64,000 nt of DNA, taken from positions 41,354,001 to 41,418,000 of the forward strand of contig OX597831.1 in NCBI GenBank assembly GCA_951406725.2, read 5' to 3'. The position numbers and the translations under genes are program-made. The stretch comes from Octopus vulgaris. Taxonomy: Eukaryota. Shown here piece by piece: positions 1 to 14,557 of the stretch; position 1 is the first letter of the stretch; every line of letters starts with the position of its first letter. A model generated the notes under the pieces. The model had not been told where the DNA came from. It searched no databases and saw only the letters and a list, made by a program, of their open reading frames with translations.

Positions 1-1002
1 GAAAAATTGCCTATTTCTGCTAGTTTATGTAATATAAATTAAGGCATCTTTTCAGTACAAATAGAGCTTCATTGTCTAATGTGTCCTTTACCAATTTGCT
101 AATGTATAATGGCTGGGTGGGATTTTAAAGAAATTTGGTTGCTATATATAAAGGTCAAGTTATGGTTTGAATTTTTAAAAAATAAAAAAAAACAGGGTAT
201 AAGTCACTTAAGAAGGGGTGAGGTAGAAGTAGAAGGGCCTAGCAATATTCCAGATACGTGTGTGTGTGTGTGTTACATAATATTGAATGCTTTTCACAAG
301 TGGAGTTGCTGTTCCATAACAAAAGTAATTTTATTTATTGTAAATGATAGTAAATTGATTAGGATAGGCATCCAGCCATAGAAACCATGCCAAAGCAGAC
401 ACTGTGGAACACAGATTCCATCAGATCCTATCCAAACCATCCAACACATACATGCCAGCATTGAACACAGACATGAAATAATGTTTCAATGGCAATTTTA
501 GACAAATGGATATTGTGGGCCAAATGCACCACCACTATCATCACCATTACTATCAACATTCACTAATTGAAAAATCTGTTATTTTCTGACATGATGGAAC
601 CTCAATAAAGTTGCTAAATCAGTCATATCTCTCAATAATATCCTATTGTGAACAATGGTGAAAAAAAAATCTTAAATCAAGCAGATACAATGACGCCCTC
701 CCATCTTAAAACAAAGCTAACATGACAAGAACAGCTCCTTTGACAAATAAATAACAGGATTCAACAGAAATATGAATATTTGTATATGTAACATTCACAT
801 TTGGTATTTTAATGTCAACAGGAAGTGGATAGGTTTACTGATGGAGACAAGAAATGAAGGTAAAGGTTCAAGAGAAACTGGAAAAAAAAAAAGGACTACA
901 AAACTTATATGAAAGAAAATATATTAGAATTGGTTTACAATTTTACTATTCACTGTAGACTGGAAATTCTGCTGGAAAAAAGATTATATAGATTTCTCAA
1001 TC

Positions 1003-1275
1003 ACATAGTTCCAGGCTCAGTACCACTGTGTGACACCTTGGGCAAGTGTCTTCCACTACAGCCCTGGGCTGACCAAAGCCTTGTGAGTAGATTTGATTGG
1101 TGGGAACTGAAAGAAGCTTATCGTGTGCATGCGTGTTTTGTCACTCACCACCACCACTTAACATGTGATGGTTTGTTTATGGCCCTGTGACTTAGCAGTT
1201 CCGCAAAAGAGAATGATAGAACAAGTATCAGGTTTTAAAAAAGAGAAACAAAGTACTTGGGACAATTTGTTCAAC
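1003..1275 (+). mobile_element. Composite tRNA-CORE SINE, degraded
   Basis: CORE motif caccttgggcaagtgtcttc followed by the shared 3' module (acttagcagttccgcaaaagag..gatagaacaagta). Confidence 0.75.
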
Positions 1276-1300
1276 TAAAGAGACACACATTTCTATATTT

Positions 1301-1520
1301 TTAACCCTTCTGGTACCAACACCATTGACACCACCCATGACTATGATACCAACTTCCTGTTCAAAGTGATCTACATTAAAACCTACCATTAAAATTTCAT
1401 GTTGATTTATATTCAAACACCAGCTTAATAATAACAAAATTAATTTCCAAAAATTATTCAGCATTCTTAAAATTAACTAAAAGTCAGAAGCTGACAGAAA
1501 TAGGATAACAAAAGGGTTAA
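1301..1520 (+). mobile_element. piggyBac-like MITE family A
   Basis: TTAA CCCT...AGGG TTAA ends; similar to 21248-21477. Confidence 0.7.
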
Positions 1521-2374
1521 CCAAGGCAACCTATGTACAACTGATAAGATATTACATGTGTTTGAGACAGGAAGCAAGAGAGCTCTAACATTTAGCCAAT
1601 CTAGGAAATATAGATCTACTCTCCACTATATATAGCTCACAATCTAAATCAATGGTCCAATCACATATTCTCTTTAACATTCATTTTGGCAACTTTAAAG
1701 AAAACTTAAACCACAAAGATTTCTCCCAGAAAACGCCATCAGCCTGTTACCAATACATTAATTACATTATTTATTAATACGCAGACATAATCATATATAC
1801 ACGTAGCATTTGCAAGCTACAACATTATTTAACAAAAGTCAATTCAAACACTATAAACATATAGAAAGTGACACTATATTACGTTATAATGTGTGTGTGT
1901 GTGTGTACAACCTTGATTACAAGTTTATCTCAAACTAAACTGCAAAATATCATACATAAAAAGAAAGCCACATGCATTATTTGTGCTCAAGCTAGAAATC
2001 ATTTACTATAGTTGGCAGCAAGCAAATTTATTTTCCCCGGTGTTTTAAACATCATATTCTTGCAAGTTTCCTAAACAGAATTTGTAAATATGAAATAACA
2101 GTGACACCTCAGCAACACACCAGCACTGTTTATAGTGTTGCCAAGGGAATTTCTTTTACTACGCTTAACATAACATGGCAAAAGAATATAAACATATTCA
2201 GCACTCCTATTATTTTATTGCCTACTTACTTCCACATCTACTTCAGACAAATACAACCAGGGTTGTAGATCTGTTAGAAATAGCAAAGCCTCCATCAAAA
2301 CACATTTAATAATACGTTTTTGCATTTGATTTACAAGATATTTGATGCAAACTTGTGTGTTGAAGCGAATTTTG

Positions 2375-2755
2375 CTACATCTCATGAGAGTCATTATGCC
2401 AATGATACAAACACACTGGTTTCACTTCTTTTGTTGTTATTGTTCAACTAGTTAACCATTTCGCCAATTAATTAAACAATTGTTTGATTAATTGTTTGGT
2501 CAATCAATCAATCAGCTAGATTAGTCCGAGTATTTTTTGACACCATTCGCAACCACATCAATGGCATGCCTTCTCTATTTCAGATCTGTGAATGGTGACG
2601 AAAGGACTGAGTAATCTGATTGAGTGATTGATTGATCAAATGATTATCAAACAATGGATTACTTTATTGGTTAAATGATCAACTAGTTTAATTGTAAAAG
2701 GAAAATAGGACCAGTGAGTTTACTAATGGCATATTGACCCTCTCGAGATACATCA
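2375..2755. repeat. Old degenerate ~380-bp palindromic element (MITE-like)
   Basis: Arms pair in several blocks (caccattcgca/tgtgaatggtg; tcaatcaatca/tgattgattga; caactagtt; gtcattatgcca/tggcatattgac). Confidence 0.6.
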
Positions 2756-3459
2756 CAACATAATGTATTTTGTGACGTATCTCAGATTACATTATGTCTA
2801 AAAATAAAATAGATGGTAATAAGTGCAATCTGTGATCATAGATTTGCCCAGTCAGCACAGACAGAAGGCTAAAAAGAAAAAAGTCAGCACAATGAGGAAA
2901 CTTCAAGCAAGCAGTAGGTCAATCAATCTACTAGAAATAACATACTGGTTGCTGTCATGAGTAAAATATAGATATGAGAAATAGCCAGGCTACTAAAAAA
3001 CAGTAGAAGAGCAATTTACTAAAATAATCAAGCTACTTAACAGTCACACTTATACTATGAGAGAGAGAGAGAAAGAGATCATTAGCAAACTATCAGCAAC
3101 ACAGATGAAACCACAATAAATTTAAAAAAAAAAAAAAGAAAGAGATTGCTCTAATTCATTGTGTTAAAGCACAATGAATTGGAAACATAATGGTTCCTGA
3201 TAAGATCAATGACGTTAAGCAGTGAGAAATCAAGACTGACCAGTGATGGTTATTGACCATTTGGCATGATACCAATTTGGGTGATTGGCAACACACACAC
3301 ACACACATACACACACTACAACAAACTAACCTACTTTAAAATGGATGATCAAAAAACAATCAAGGAATCTGTATCAACACAGCTTTAGGCTTCTTCCATA
3401 TTACTTTCAATTAAACCTCAACCAATACAGAAGAAGACATTGAAAAATGTTTTATTCCT

Positions 3460-3832
3460 TTAGCTTTTACTTGCTCGAGTCATTGGGCTGCGGCCATGTT
3501 GGGGCACTGCCCTGGAGTGCTTTGGTTGAGCGAATCAACCCCAGTGCTTATTTTATCTGAAGCCTGATACTTGTTCTATCAGTCGATTTAGCTGAATTGC
3601 TAAGTTACAGGGACATAAACAAACTAACACTGGTTGTCAAGCAGTGGTAGGGAAGAAACAAAGACACACACACACACATACGCACACAAGGAGCTTCTTT
3701 CAGTTTCTGCCTACCAAATCCACTCTCATAGCCTGGAGCTATAGTAGAAGACGCATACCCAAAGTGCTATGCCTGGGCATTGAACCTGGAACTATGTGGT
3801 TAAGAAGCAAACATATTACTACATGGCCACAG
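3460..3832 (-). mobile_element. Composite tRNA-CORE SINE
   Basis: Reverse complement of the head, CORE, microsatellite and 3' module seen at 61443-61840. Confidence 0.75.
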
Positions 3833-4130
3833 GATAATATATTTTAGATATTTCGTAAAACAATAACTTAGTAGTTCACGGCATTTACAATGGTGACAAG
3901 GATGTATGTATGTATGACTGTTGAAAGAAATACCACAAGGTATTTTTGTTCAAGAGCTCTAGTTAATGCTTCCTTGATGTAAGCACACAATATCACACAC
4001 ACACACAACCACACCTGTATATATATGCACATGGTGACCTGCCACTTGTAGACAGGTGTGACCATCACTGACAAAATATCTCAACCTAGATATTAAAGAC
4101 AATGGCTGCCAGCAATGCCTGAGCTGAAAT

Positions 4131-4353
4131 TTAACGCTTTAGTATTCAAACTACTCTATCAAATGTAATGTTAATTTAATCACACTGTTTTCAATTAACT
4201 ATACATTATCTCGTAGCTTTGAGATTTCAATGAGGTGACTATAAAATTAGAATGACAAAGGATAGGTGGGAGAAGCAAGATCTGGCCAGTTTGAACATAG
4301 AATAGGTTGACTATTTGGGCTGGTTATAGCCGGCTTAAATACTGAAGGGTTAA
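4131..4353 (+). mobile_element. piggyBac-like MITE family B
   Basis: TTAA-flanked, ends ...gaaggg TTAA; body shared with copies at 6515, 13406, 15776 and 20986. Confidence 0.7.
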
Positions 4354-5756
4354 TGCCAAGACAGCCGGTACAAAACTACTAAGACTCTCAGCTACCATCA
4401 TAAATAGTCCAGAAAGAAGAGTAAGATCCCTGGCTTTCCAATGAGGCAAATAATTCAGAATTTCCTTCTCCTAGAGAAATGTCCAAACAAAGACTAGGGT
4501 TCTCTTAGCTTCCAGCTGTTCACTCTGACTTCATCCATCCTTTGACAGATTTTGCTTTTTATCCTGCAGGGTATCCAATGAAAACCATTCTCCAAGACAA
4601 GCAAGTTTGCTACAGTTGCCAGTTTAGTTGCTCCAGCCTGACCATGCAACAGGTTGCATTGAGTTACATGTTAGCAGAAGCACATATCTACACATGAGGT
4701 TCTGCAGTTTGTCAACCAAATTTTACGTACAAGATGTTGGGTCACCTCAACATTATGGAAGGAGACACTTGCCCCCAAAGTGCTGCACTGTGGGACCTCA
4801 TTCCTAACCACATAATTTGTAAGTTAGCTTCTAAAACCACACAACCAGCATACATTCAGAATAAAAATTTCACTACAATTTAGAAGATCAAACTGTTGGT
4901 AATTGCTTCTATTTAAGTGTTCATCTCTTAGTGATGGCAGAGAAGGGGGGGGGGGGTAGACTTCAGAACTAGTTAGAGTCAAGAATCTAATTGAATTCCT
5001 CCATAAAGAAAAACACAGCTTCCTATAAATTATCAAACAGATAATCTATGAAAACCTAAGAAACTGGAAGATCCTCCAACATACATAGAAATTCAAAGAT
5101 AAGTCAATTCCAATATGGATACTGTATTTTGGATGTATACAAAACATCTTGCATGCACACGCACACATCATCTGATTTTTAATAATCAATCATATACAAC
5201 AGTTTAAAAGATCAATAAGATCTTTCCTGGGCACAAGATGTTTTATACAAAATAGAAAATCTAGCAGATTGAACAGAGAAACTAATAACTTATTTTATCA
5301 TCTATCCCAAGAGAGATGAAGAACAAGACCAGCCAAAGCAAGCTTACAAGTTAAAGGACTGGCGCCACAAGATGCTTATTAAGTATGTAGTTGATTGCTC
5401 TCTATCATGGTTGTTAACTATTGTCCTAATTAAGTCAGCATTGTTTTAACGTCTACTTTTCCATGCTTGCATGGGTCAGTGTTTTCTACATACGACCAGG
5501 TCCCCACCCGCCACCATCTCCTGAGACATCAACCCCTGACTATTTCCAAGCCAATCAAACAACAAATAATCTGGACATGTTTATGCAGAGAACTGGAAAC
5601 AAACATCATATGAATGAGCATTTTCTTTACAAAGATAACGCAACATGTCAAGAAGCCCAGGAACGCTTTCACCGCCATCGCCAAGGAGTATTTACAACCA
5701 GTAAACACACACACAAAGATGAAGGAAACATGAACACACCCAAACACACTTATATA

Positions 5757-5966
5757 CAAGGGGGTGCTGGAAAGTTTCTGACTTTGGGTGAAAGTACAGG
5801 AGGGTCAATTATGATTTTATTCAACATATTCCTCTCTCAGATTCACACACTTATTGCAGTGATCCTTAAGTTTTTCTAAACCCTGGAAAAGGACTCGGAA
5901 GGTTAGGCCTCCAACCAAGCTTTTCACAATACCCTTCAAGCCAGAAACTTTTCAACATCCCCCTCA
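5757..5966 (-). mobile_element. Non-autonomous mariner (MITE)
   Basis: TA-flanked TIRs (caagggggtgctggaaagtttctg / ccagaaacttttcaacatccccctca). The minus strand retains a transposase C-terminus, CNKCVNLREEYVE*. Confidence 0.8.
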
Positions 5967-6251
5967 TACGCATGCACACGTGCGTGCATATATATATATT
6001 TTGTTGGTTTCTTTCAATTTGTGTCTATTAAATCTATTCACAAAGCTTTGACTGGCCCAGGGACATAACAGAAGAAACTTATCCCAGGTACCTCACAGTG
6101 GAACTGAAACTCAAATCAAAAAGTAGGGAAGCAAACTAACCACACAGCCTCAATAAAGTCAGTAACTTGAATTAACTGGAAAACCTTTCAATGCAACGTT
6201 TTAGGATCCAACACAACCCTTAATTCTACAGGCAAATTAGCAATAGGCTTG

Positions 6252-6465
6252 TAACTTTAGCATTTAAACCAACCATATCCAGTTCAAACATTCAAAGTTT
6301 TACATTCAAACTGGCCATATCTAGTCTTTCACACCTATCCTGCAATGTCATTTTTAAAATATCATCAAAACCTGAAAGCAAAAAGATAATGAATGATTAA
6401 TTCAAAAAAACTTGAATAAAAAAAGCATTATATTTAACATAGTAATCTGAATGCTAAAGGGTTAA
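6252..6465 (-). mobile_element. piggyBac-like MITE family B
   Basis: Reverse complement of 6515-6740; right end aaaggg TTAA. Confidence 0.7.
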
Positions 6466-6514
6466 ATGCTTTTAAACTATTCAGTAAAACAGAACATGTT
6501 AGAAACTGCCATAT

Positions 6515-6740
6515 TTAACCCTTCAGTATTCAGATTACTGTCAGATGTAATGTTTATTTATTCACGTTGTTTTGAATTAATCAAGCATTATCTCACAGCT
6601 TCAAGACTTGGATAATGTGACTGTTTATTTTTAGTGACATTGCAGGGTAGGCGTGAGACCGGATCAGACCAGATTGAAAATAAAAACAAGTTGAATATTT
6701 AGGCTGGGTAGTATCACTGGTTTAAATACTTAAGGGTTAA
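6515..6740 (+). mobile_element. piggyBac-like MITE family B
   Basis: TTAA CCCT...AGGG TTAA. Confidence 0.75.
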
Positions 6741-6944
6741 ACTACAAGAAACCTACCAGCCAATGAAACCGCTAAGCAGTCAACAGACAAGAAATAGCAG
6801 CTAAATGTCTCAAATCACATGCTACCATCTTTAAAAAGCGAGGATACAATGGACAGAATAACTTCATTTTTGATATCAAAATGGTTAAAAAAATGTCACT
6901 GATCAAAGACTTACTCATCAGAACTGACCTTGGTAAAACATCAG

Positions 6945-7155
6945 TTGTTAAGCAATGTTGGGAGGACAAACACATATATATATACATATATACGACGGGC
7001 TTCTTTCAGTTTCCATCTACCAAATCCACTCACAAGGCTTTGGTCAGCCCGAGGCTATAGTAGAAGACACTTTGCCCAAGGTGCCATGCAGTGGGACTGA
7101 ACCCAGAACCATGGTTGGTAAGCAAGCTACTTACCACACAGCCACTCCTGCACCT
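6945..7155 (-). mobile_element. tRNA-CORE SINE (5' part)
   Basis: A/B-box head and CORE in reverse orientation. Confidence 0.8.
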
Positions 7156-7994
7156 ATTGGTAACAAAAGAGTTAAAAACCTTACCAAAAAATTTTCCCAA
7201 GCCTAATATATGCAGTCTGGTACCTTGGAAGCAAAGACAGTCTGAAGGGGACTTATATCCCTCAAGTTATCGATAGGTAGTTGACTACTTTATGCAAGTA
7301 GAAGGAGTGGAAAAATCTCATCTCAAGTCTAACAAAATACACGAAAATTCACCATAAACCAAATGGGTTAAGTCTCCTTCAGAACATTTTACAGCTGGCA
7401 CTGTCACAATAGAGTAATGTTGAAATAACATTAAATAACTGTCGGTTGAAAAGGTAATTAATGAAAAGACATTCCTAATCTAACGGTGGTGGGGATGGTG
7501 AGGAGACATCCAGAACAACTCGACATTAAAATGGCAGCTGAAGTTTAATAAATAAAGACGAGACTGCAGAATAACATGTCTTCATTAGTTCCTTCTCTCA
7601 CATATATTCCAATGTAACCTCACCACCCAACTTTCAAATTATATTAAGTACAGATTTCTTTCATGTACTTCAATATTATTTTCTAATATCAAATTCCACT
7701 ATTAGATTACTTGGTGTGCTAGAAAGAGCCCAATCTCCTTAAAAAAAGGAGTAAAAGATGAAAGGTACCTTGGGAAAAAAATGTAGGTCATGTTATAAGA
7801 GAAAAAAGGTTGATTGAGGATTAACCTTTTTTACCATATTTCAATTGAAATGCAATACTTTTGTTACAATGTATTTTGAAAACAATGAAGAATTTAGTAA
7901 AATAACAATCCTTAATAAGCTGGCATTTGGAACAAATTTACATGATAGAAAATTTTAATTTGGATCATTTTAAAACAGTTTGCATCATAAAACC

Positions 7995-8250
7995 AAAGGT
8001 GGACTCTGCCTTTATTACTGCTACTACCGTCACCAATGCTTCTCAAAGTTTGTGTTCTTGTATCACCTTCACTCGAGCCCACAAGACCCATTCTGTCTTC
8101 CTATTTGTTACTCATATCATATTCCACCCTCCAAATCTTGCAATCACTACAATTCCCTATTCCTTCTTTAGAAATTATCCTTTTGTCCAAATTTTTTCCT
8201 GCAGCCATCAATTGGCAGCTGTTCAAAGATTCATTAACTTCATCAATGAC
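7995..8250 (+). pseudogene. Degraded 3' end of CR1/L2-group LINE
   Basis: Frameshifted residues LCLYYCYY..C....VSPSLEPTRP...FFPAAINWQLFK..IN resemble the C-terminus of CR1/L2/Crack ORF2. Confidence 0.4.
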
Positions 8251-9137
8251 ACTGATATTGGAGGGTCTGTTTAGGCTGTGGATGCACCCTCTTCCTCCAA
8301 ACAAAACACCAAAGAAGAAATTCTAAGACTTATTTGAGATTGAAAAAGAAACTCATTGATAAAACGTATTTCAAAATTTCCCTCCTTCACCATACTCTAT
8401 GCATGCCTACGTGTGTGTGTGTGTGTAATGTAGAGGGTCTAGTGTGTGGTGTGCAGGAGGTATGTGATACACGTCATGTCACCATCTCTCAAGTTTTATC
8501 TACTTTATGAACTAAAATGTTTCAATCTCAAGCCTGCTTTACGGAATTTTTCAATCACCGAATATTGGTTGAGATGTGTTTAATGTATCACTTAAACATT
8601 AACAAACTGAGCCAATAATTTATCCACATTGTAGGCATTAATTATCAAATACATCGACTGAAAGTGTGATACGTAGTGTATTAGACAGATATTAATAACC
8701 TGTCCTACCTATGCTAAATTAATTATCAGTGGAACAGGTGAAATGATTGTAGACACTGAAAAATTCAATTACACTCACATCATCGTGTAACTGGCCAAGT
8801 GCCTATGCTACAAACGGTGATGTAAATTGAACAGTGATTATTATGTCTGGTGTAATTGGCTGAGCAGTTGCTAAAATCAGCAGGTACTTGATCAGAGTCC
8901 CATCAGTAGGTTTGCTGGACCTTTTCAGTTCCAAACTAACAATGAGCTCCTTTCATATGGGCTCATAAGAGATGCCCTGCATCTTTGATACAAAACTCCT
9001 CATTATATCAAATTAAAAAACCTCTGAAATTCTATGCAAGAAACATTTAGTTAAATTATGTTCAAAATACCACTAAATGGAAGTAATTCTGCTAAACTCT
9101 TCTAAAAAATTTCTGAGATTATTTTCAAAAGCGTTAG

Positions 9138-9465
9138 TACAGGTATGGCTATGTGATTAAGAAGCTTGCTTCCTGACCATGTATGTTTTCTACTAAGCCT
9201 CAGGCCAACCAAAGCCTTGTGGGTGGATTTGGTAGACGGAAATTGAAAGAAGCCCATCGTGTGTATACATGTATGTGTTTGTATCCCCACCATCGCTTGA
9301 CAACCAATGTTGGTGTGTTTACGTCCCTGTCACTTAGAAGTTCAGCAAAAAGAGACCAATAGAATAAGTACTAGGCTTACAAAGAATAAGTCCTGGGGTT
9401 GATTTATTTGACTAAAGGTGGTGCTCCAGCATGGCTGCAGTCAAATGACAAACAAGTAAAAGAGT
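9138..9465 (+). mobile_element. Composite tRNA-CORE SINE
   Basis: Head with internal deletion and a full 3' module ending aagtaaaagagta. Confidence 0.8.
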
Positions 9466-10189
9466 ATATATATACATACACTCACTTCTTTATGTGAGTG
9501 CAACCTTGTCTAGGCATATGGTTGTAAACAAACACCATTATAATACAAGTGAGGAAAGATATTTCAAATTTTATGTGAAAAATGTCTAGCTATGAGGAAA
9601 TATTACCTTGCTTGAAAAAAAAAATCGAATGTTGGTGACAGGAAGGGCAACAAAGAGTAGAAAATCACCCTCAACAAATTTTATCTGATCCATGCAAGCA
9701 CGGAAAAGTGGATGTTAAATGACAATGACCATCAACCATGTATTTCATTAAAAATGAACCCAAAAGAATCGCCTTAAATATTTTAGTTTTAATTTATTAT
9801 AAATTACACACACACACACACACACACACATACACAAGACCATCTGCATTAAGGTGGAAACCTTAATATCAATTCATAGCATTGCTGATAGAAACCTTAA
9901 CTTGGAACAGTAGCACAGCTAAACTACTTCAAGCGCTACCAATTTGTGTCGGCATTCAATAAATTCTTCTAACTACATCCTTTTTTTTTTTTTTTTTTTT
10001 AAAAAATCAATTTTTCTAATGGTGTATTTTGCAATAAATTGTCTAGTCCAAGTTTTTAAATCTACTCCAATATAATTAAGAGCTCTGCTTGTCAAAGTGT
10101 CAATGTCCTAATTATCTTGTTCAAAATGAATTAATCGTGTACAGAAATGACACGTAGTACACCATCAGGTCACCCACATTTCCACATGT

Positions 10190-10490
10190 CTCTCTCTCTC
10201 CTATACAGACAATGAGCTGGATTTGTGTTCCAATATGTCTTGCCACTTGTCATGGTCCTCTGCCCAACAACACAAAATCAAACCTCACCAATTCTTCCCA
10301 CACCATCTTCAGTATTGCTCTTGCACCATTCAACACTTCAAATATCTGTATCTGTGCAGTCTTCTCTCTTGCACACTGCAACCATTAATTCTCAAGCCAG
10401 TTTTTCTCTCAGCACACCAGTGTTCTGTCGTTACATATCAAGTAGGGCAAAGCCTGCCTCATTTCTTTCTGCCTTTCCATATCATAAACA
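10190..10490 (-). pseudogene. Degraded RTE-like LINE 3' fragment
   Basis: Minus strand gives ..GLRINGCSVQERRL.., resembling the RTE ORF C-terminus (xxERRLRWYGHV). Confidence 0.35.
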
Positions 10491-13405
10491 CTTTAGTGTC
10501 TATTTTTCCAAGCTGGCATAGGTTGGACAGAGTATACTGAGGTAGATACTCATCCTGCCAGTAACACTCACCTGTTTCCAAGCAAGGTAATATTTCCCCA
10601 TGGCCACATATGTCCTCAAAGAGTACTGAAAATAAATGACACTGCTCAATGCGACAGTGACACTCATTTACAATTATCATGTAATGTCAAGACAAGGGGA
10701 AACAAATATACACATACATACATCAGGCTTCTTTAGGTTTCCATTTACTAAATCCACTCACAATAATCTGGTCAACCTGGGGTTATACAAGAGGACACTT
10801 ACCCAAAGCGCTACACAGTGAGACTGAACCCAAAAGCATGTGGGTTGTACTTATCTATACAGCCATGCTTGTACTACATTTATCAACCATTGTCAACCAA
10901 GTCTGACAACCACGCAGTATTGCAACTCATACGCAAGCAGCAGCCCAACCTGCCCTTCGCAAGCAGCACCCCCAACCTGCCCTTCACTGAGAGAGAGAGG
11001 GGGGAGAGAGAAAGAGATAGCAAGAAGCCCCTGTTTACCAACAGAGTTCATAGTTCCCTAAACTTTTACCACCCTGTCTTTATTCTAGCTGCTATACATT
11101 TACAACAGCCGCCACCAATACTGGTTAGGTCAGCCCAACATTCACTGCCACTGCTGTAACAAAGTATTTAACAATAGTTTAAAATAAAAACACTAATATG
11201 AAAAACTGATTATATATTTTCAAAAGCTGATTTAAACAATAATTCATTACAAAAAAATTATATAATATTGTAAACTAAGGGGATCATAAAGGAATGTTTG
11301 AAGATTTGTTTTTTCTTGTTGTTTTTGTTGTCTTTAATATTTTGTTTTACAAACATTTTGGATATTATCGCTATGCAAATCTATAAAATTCTGCTATAAA
11401 TTCCATTTTAGGAAAATGTTTTTCAATAGCAAACTCACATCCTTTCGTTGCTGTTAAGTTAGATTAGCAACAACCATCATTACGATTTCTATATGGGGTA
11501 TGTGTGTAGATATATTATAGATTCGTAGTTATCTAATGCATCAGAATTTTCATTTTGGTTTTATTAAATAAGATTTAGAGAAAAGCACAAACTTTATTAC
11601 TTTTCTCTTTGGATTTACTGCTTGCGCTCTACACAGAAAACAGGATTACTTGTGATGCTAATACTAATGGGTCTGTATATTCAGTCAAGCATAATAATTT
11701 CAATTATTGATTTCTTTCATAGCACAACAAAGAGAAGGAATATTTAGTTGAACCAATCCCACATTAGTAACCTCCTATACAGGTAGTGCAGCCAATAAAT
11801 GCCAAAGCGTAAAGGAATTTCACTTAGTTCAAACTGAATACATGAAAAGGACTTAACCAAAACCAATGGTTGTACAGTGAGCAAAAGACAAAGCCTCTAT
11901 GTTCTCGCTAAGTCTGTTAGAAATAAGAGCCTAAGTTCCATAAAAATCAAACATTTCTTAAAAACAAGACGTCTTAGAGATATTATGTCTTAACTTTTTT
12001 GTTGTATTTCCATTGAAATACAATGTTTTGGTTTTTTTCAGTTAATTTTGAAAACCATGAATTTAGAAAAACCATAATTATTTGAAACATTATTAACATG
12101 AAGTTTATATCATAGAATCTGGAGCAATCACAAGCAATCTGTTACAAAAAAGATTAAACAAGAATGGGACGATTGCAGCTTTAACGCCTTTGCTCATGGC
12201 TTTATTAAATCGTAGTTAACCGGGAGTTAATAATGACAAGATTTTGGCAGTTAAAGGTTTCATAAAAATTCTTTTAGAAGAGAATATTATTCCATCCAAG
12301 CAACTGCTTTTGTTTTTTAAAGAAATTATGGAATAGGAGTGAAAGCTGCATAGTGTTTTTATTAAATAAGTCCACAGCTCAGTTTTGATTTCAAAGTTAT
12401 TCAACCTACATTGTTAATAATGCCCTCAAGTAAAAAAAAAAAAAAATACAATATCCATATAGTAGCATTAAAATCTCAAATATTCATGCCTACACAAATT
12501 CCACTAAGACAGACATGTAATCCTGAAAATGGAGAAGTCTCTCTCTCTCAGCTGTCATGTACAAATATCACAGAATTTTAGAACTGAATAACTGCAAAAC
12601 ATGAGTAATGAAGAAATAAACTTTGTAAAATTGACAGACATGGATATGATGCCATATATACAAAAACAAACAAGAAAAAAAAAAAGAGAAACAAAATGTA
12701 CAAGTTTAGAAAACTGGTAATCAAAGATATCATATGCTGATCTCTAAGGAGAATTTTATGAGAAAGAAAAACAAAAAAAAAATGCAACAGAAATGCAAGC
12801 TGAAAACAAAATGCAGCTAGAGGAATTGTAAATTCTAGGAAAAGCTTTTGAGTTGGTTTTAGAGCATTGCAGTAAGCAAAAGAATAGTAGGCCAAATCTG
12901 CCATTTGGTTTAATGCCATTTTATGCAGAGACCATTGATGCAAGCTTTTGGACTAAATGGCATGGGAATAATTCCATAGTCTGATGCACTGCTTTTTACT
13001 ACTGCAGCAACTCAGGAGTTGTGGTTTTCTCCTTCCCTTTCTCTCTACCAGGCAGCTAAGAGGCCCTGCAAAAAGAGTGAGCCCAACCTTTTTTCCTCAG
13101 ACTAAGCCATAGCCTAGGGCACTAGGCCAACCAATGCCTTAAGAGTGAATGTGGTAGTCAAAAACTCTCTCTCTCTCTCTCTGAGTGTGGGTGGGGGGGC
13201 AGTCTGTCATCTGCCATTGTTTGACAACCTCCATAACTTGGTGATTCATAAAAAAGATTGTCAAAGTACCAAACTTTAAAAAAAATAGTGCTGGGCTTGA
13301 TTTGATCGACTAAAACCCTTCAAGGTGGTGCCCCAACAAGGGCTACATACTTGGCCCACCACTTTGTTTCAGCCGCTGGACTGAAACAAAAAAGAAAAGA
13401 GCAAA

Positions 13406-13625
13406 CTAACCCTTTAGCACTCAGATTATTGTTAAATGTAATGCTTATTTATTTAGTTTTGAATTTACCATACATTTTCTCACAGCTTTGAGATTTTAAT
13501 GATGTGATTATTTTTAGATTGACATTGTAGAGTAAATGTGAGAGGCCTGATCTGTCCAGTTTGAACATAACATAAAAGTAGAATATTTGGGGCCCAATAT
13601 GGCAGTTTAAATGCTAAAGGTTTAA
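13406..13625 (+). mobile_element. piggyBac-like MITE family B
   Basis: taac ccttt...ctaaaggt ttaa; same body as the 6515 copy. Confidence 0.7.
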
Positions 13626-14374
13626 AAGGAAAAAAATACTATTGAGGCAGGATAATTCTATGAAGAATAAACTTTTAGCTGTTTACAAGGCTGGACTAAT
13701 TGTGCTAAGCTGAAAAGCTACCTTCATTTTTCAGGTAAAGCTAAATAAGCCATATCCACTAATAGTGGAAACACATGGGTCAGTGGTCATACTGAATAGA
13801 ACAGTTGAGTTGCGAGAGACAAACAAACATAACCAAAATTTGTGAATGGAAGTTAGACACTGTATAAATAAACAGCTTTCCAATTTAAAGCACACTTAGA
13901 ATTAGTTTTAATTAAATTACTCTCCACACCAGAATAAAATCTACATTTTCAACAGATTCGGTTGGCTGCAGACTTGTGTCAATTAGTTCGTCCTTTACAA
14001 ATGTTAGGGAAAATAAAAAAAAAGATTACAGACCGATCAATAAAACAAGTAATTCTAGTTAAAAATATATTAAGAAAAAACAAAAAACAGAAAACCATAC
14101 CAGGGTCATCTCAAACATCAGCTTTTGGACCAAATGGTCTGCCCAATCATATAACTAATTGAATTATGAATCATTGTAATAATTCAATCTCCATAATGTT
14201 TATATGGGGCTTAATTGCTTTCAGTGACAAAAAAGCATCAAGAGAGACAAAGGTGAAGAAAATGTCAATGGCTAACACACACTTACACAGAGGAATGGTT
14301 AACATACAGGAATTATGTAAAGTTCATCTATAAACATTTCATCTTTTTGAATAAAACAACCACAATTAGATAAT

Positions 14375-14504
14375 TTTGCTTACGAACCACATGGTTCCGG
14401 GTTCAGTCTCACTGCGTGGCACCTTGAGCAAGTGTCTTCTACTAAAGCCTTGTGAGTGGATTTGGTAGACGGAAACTGAAAGAAGCCCGTCGTATATACA
14501 TATG

Positions 14505-14557
<53 letters not shown>

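Noticed and set aside
14205-14235. Minus-strand LSLKAIK resembling SCAF exon 2 end (AIKAIK)
   Set aside because: No upstream KPPxSxAKM and no donor site; chance match.
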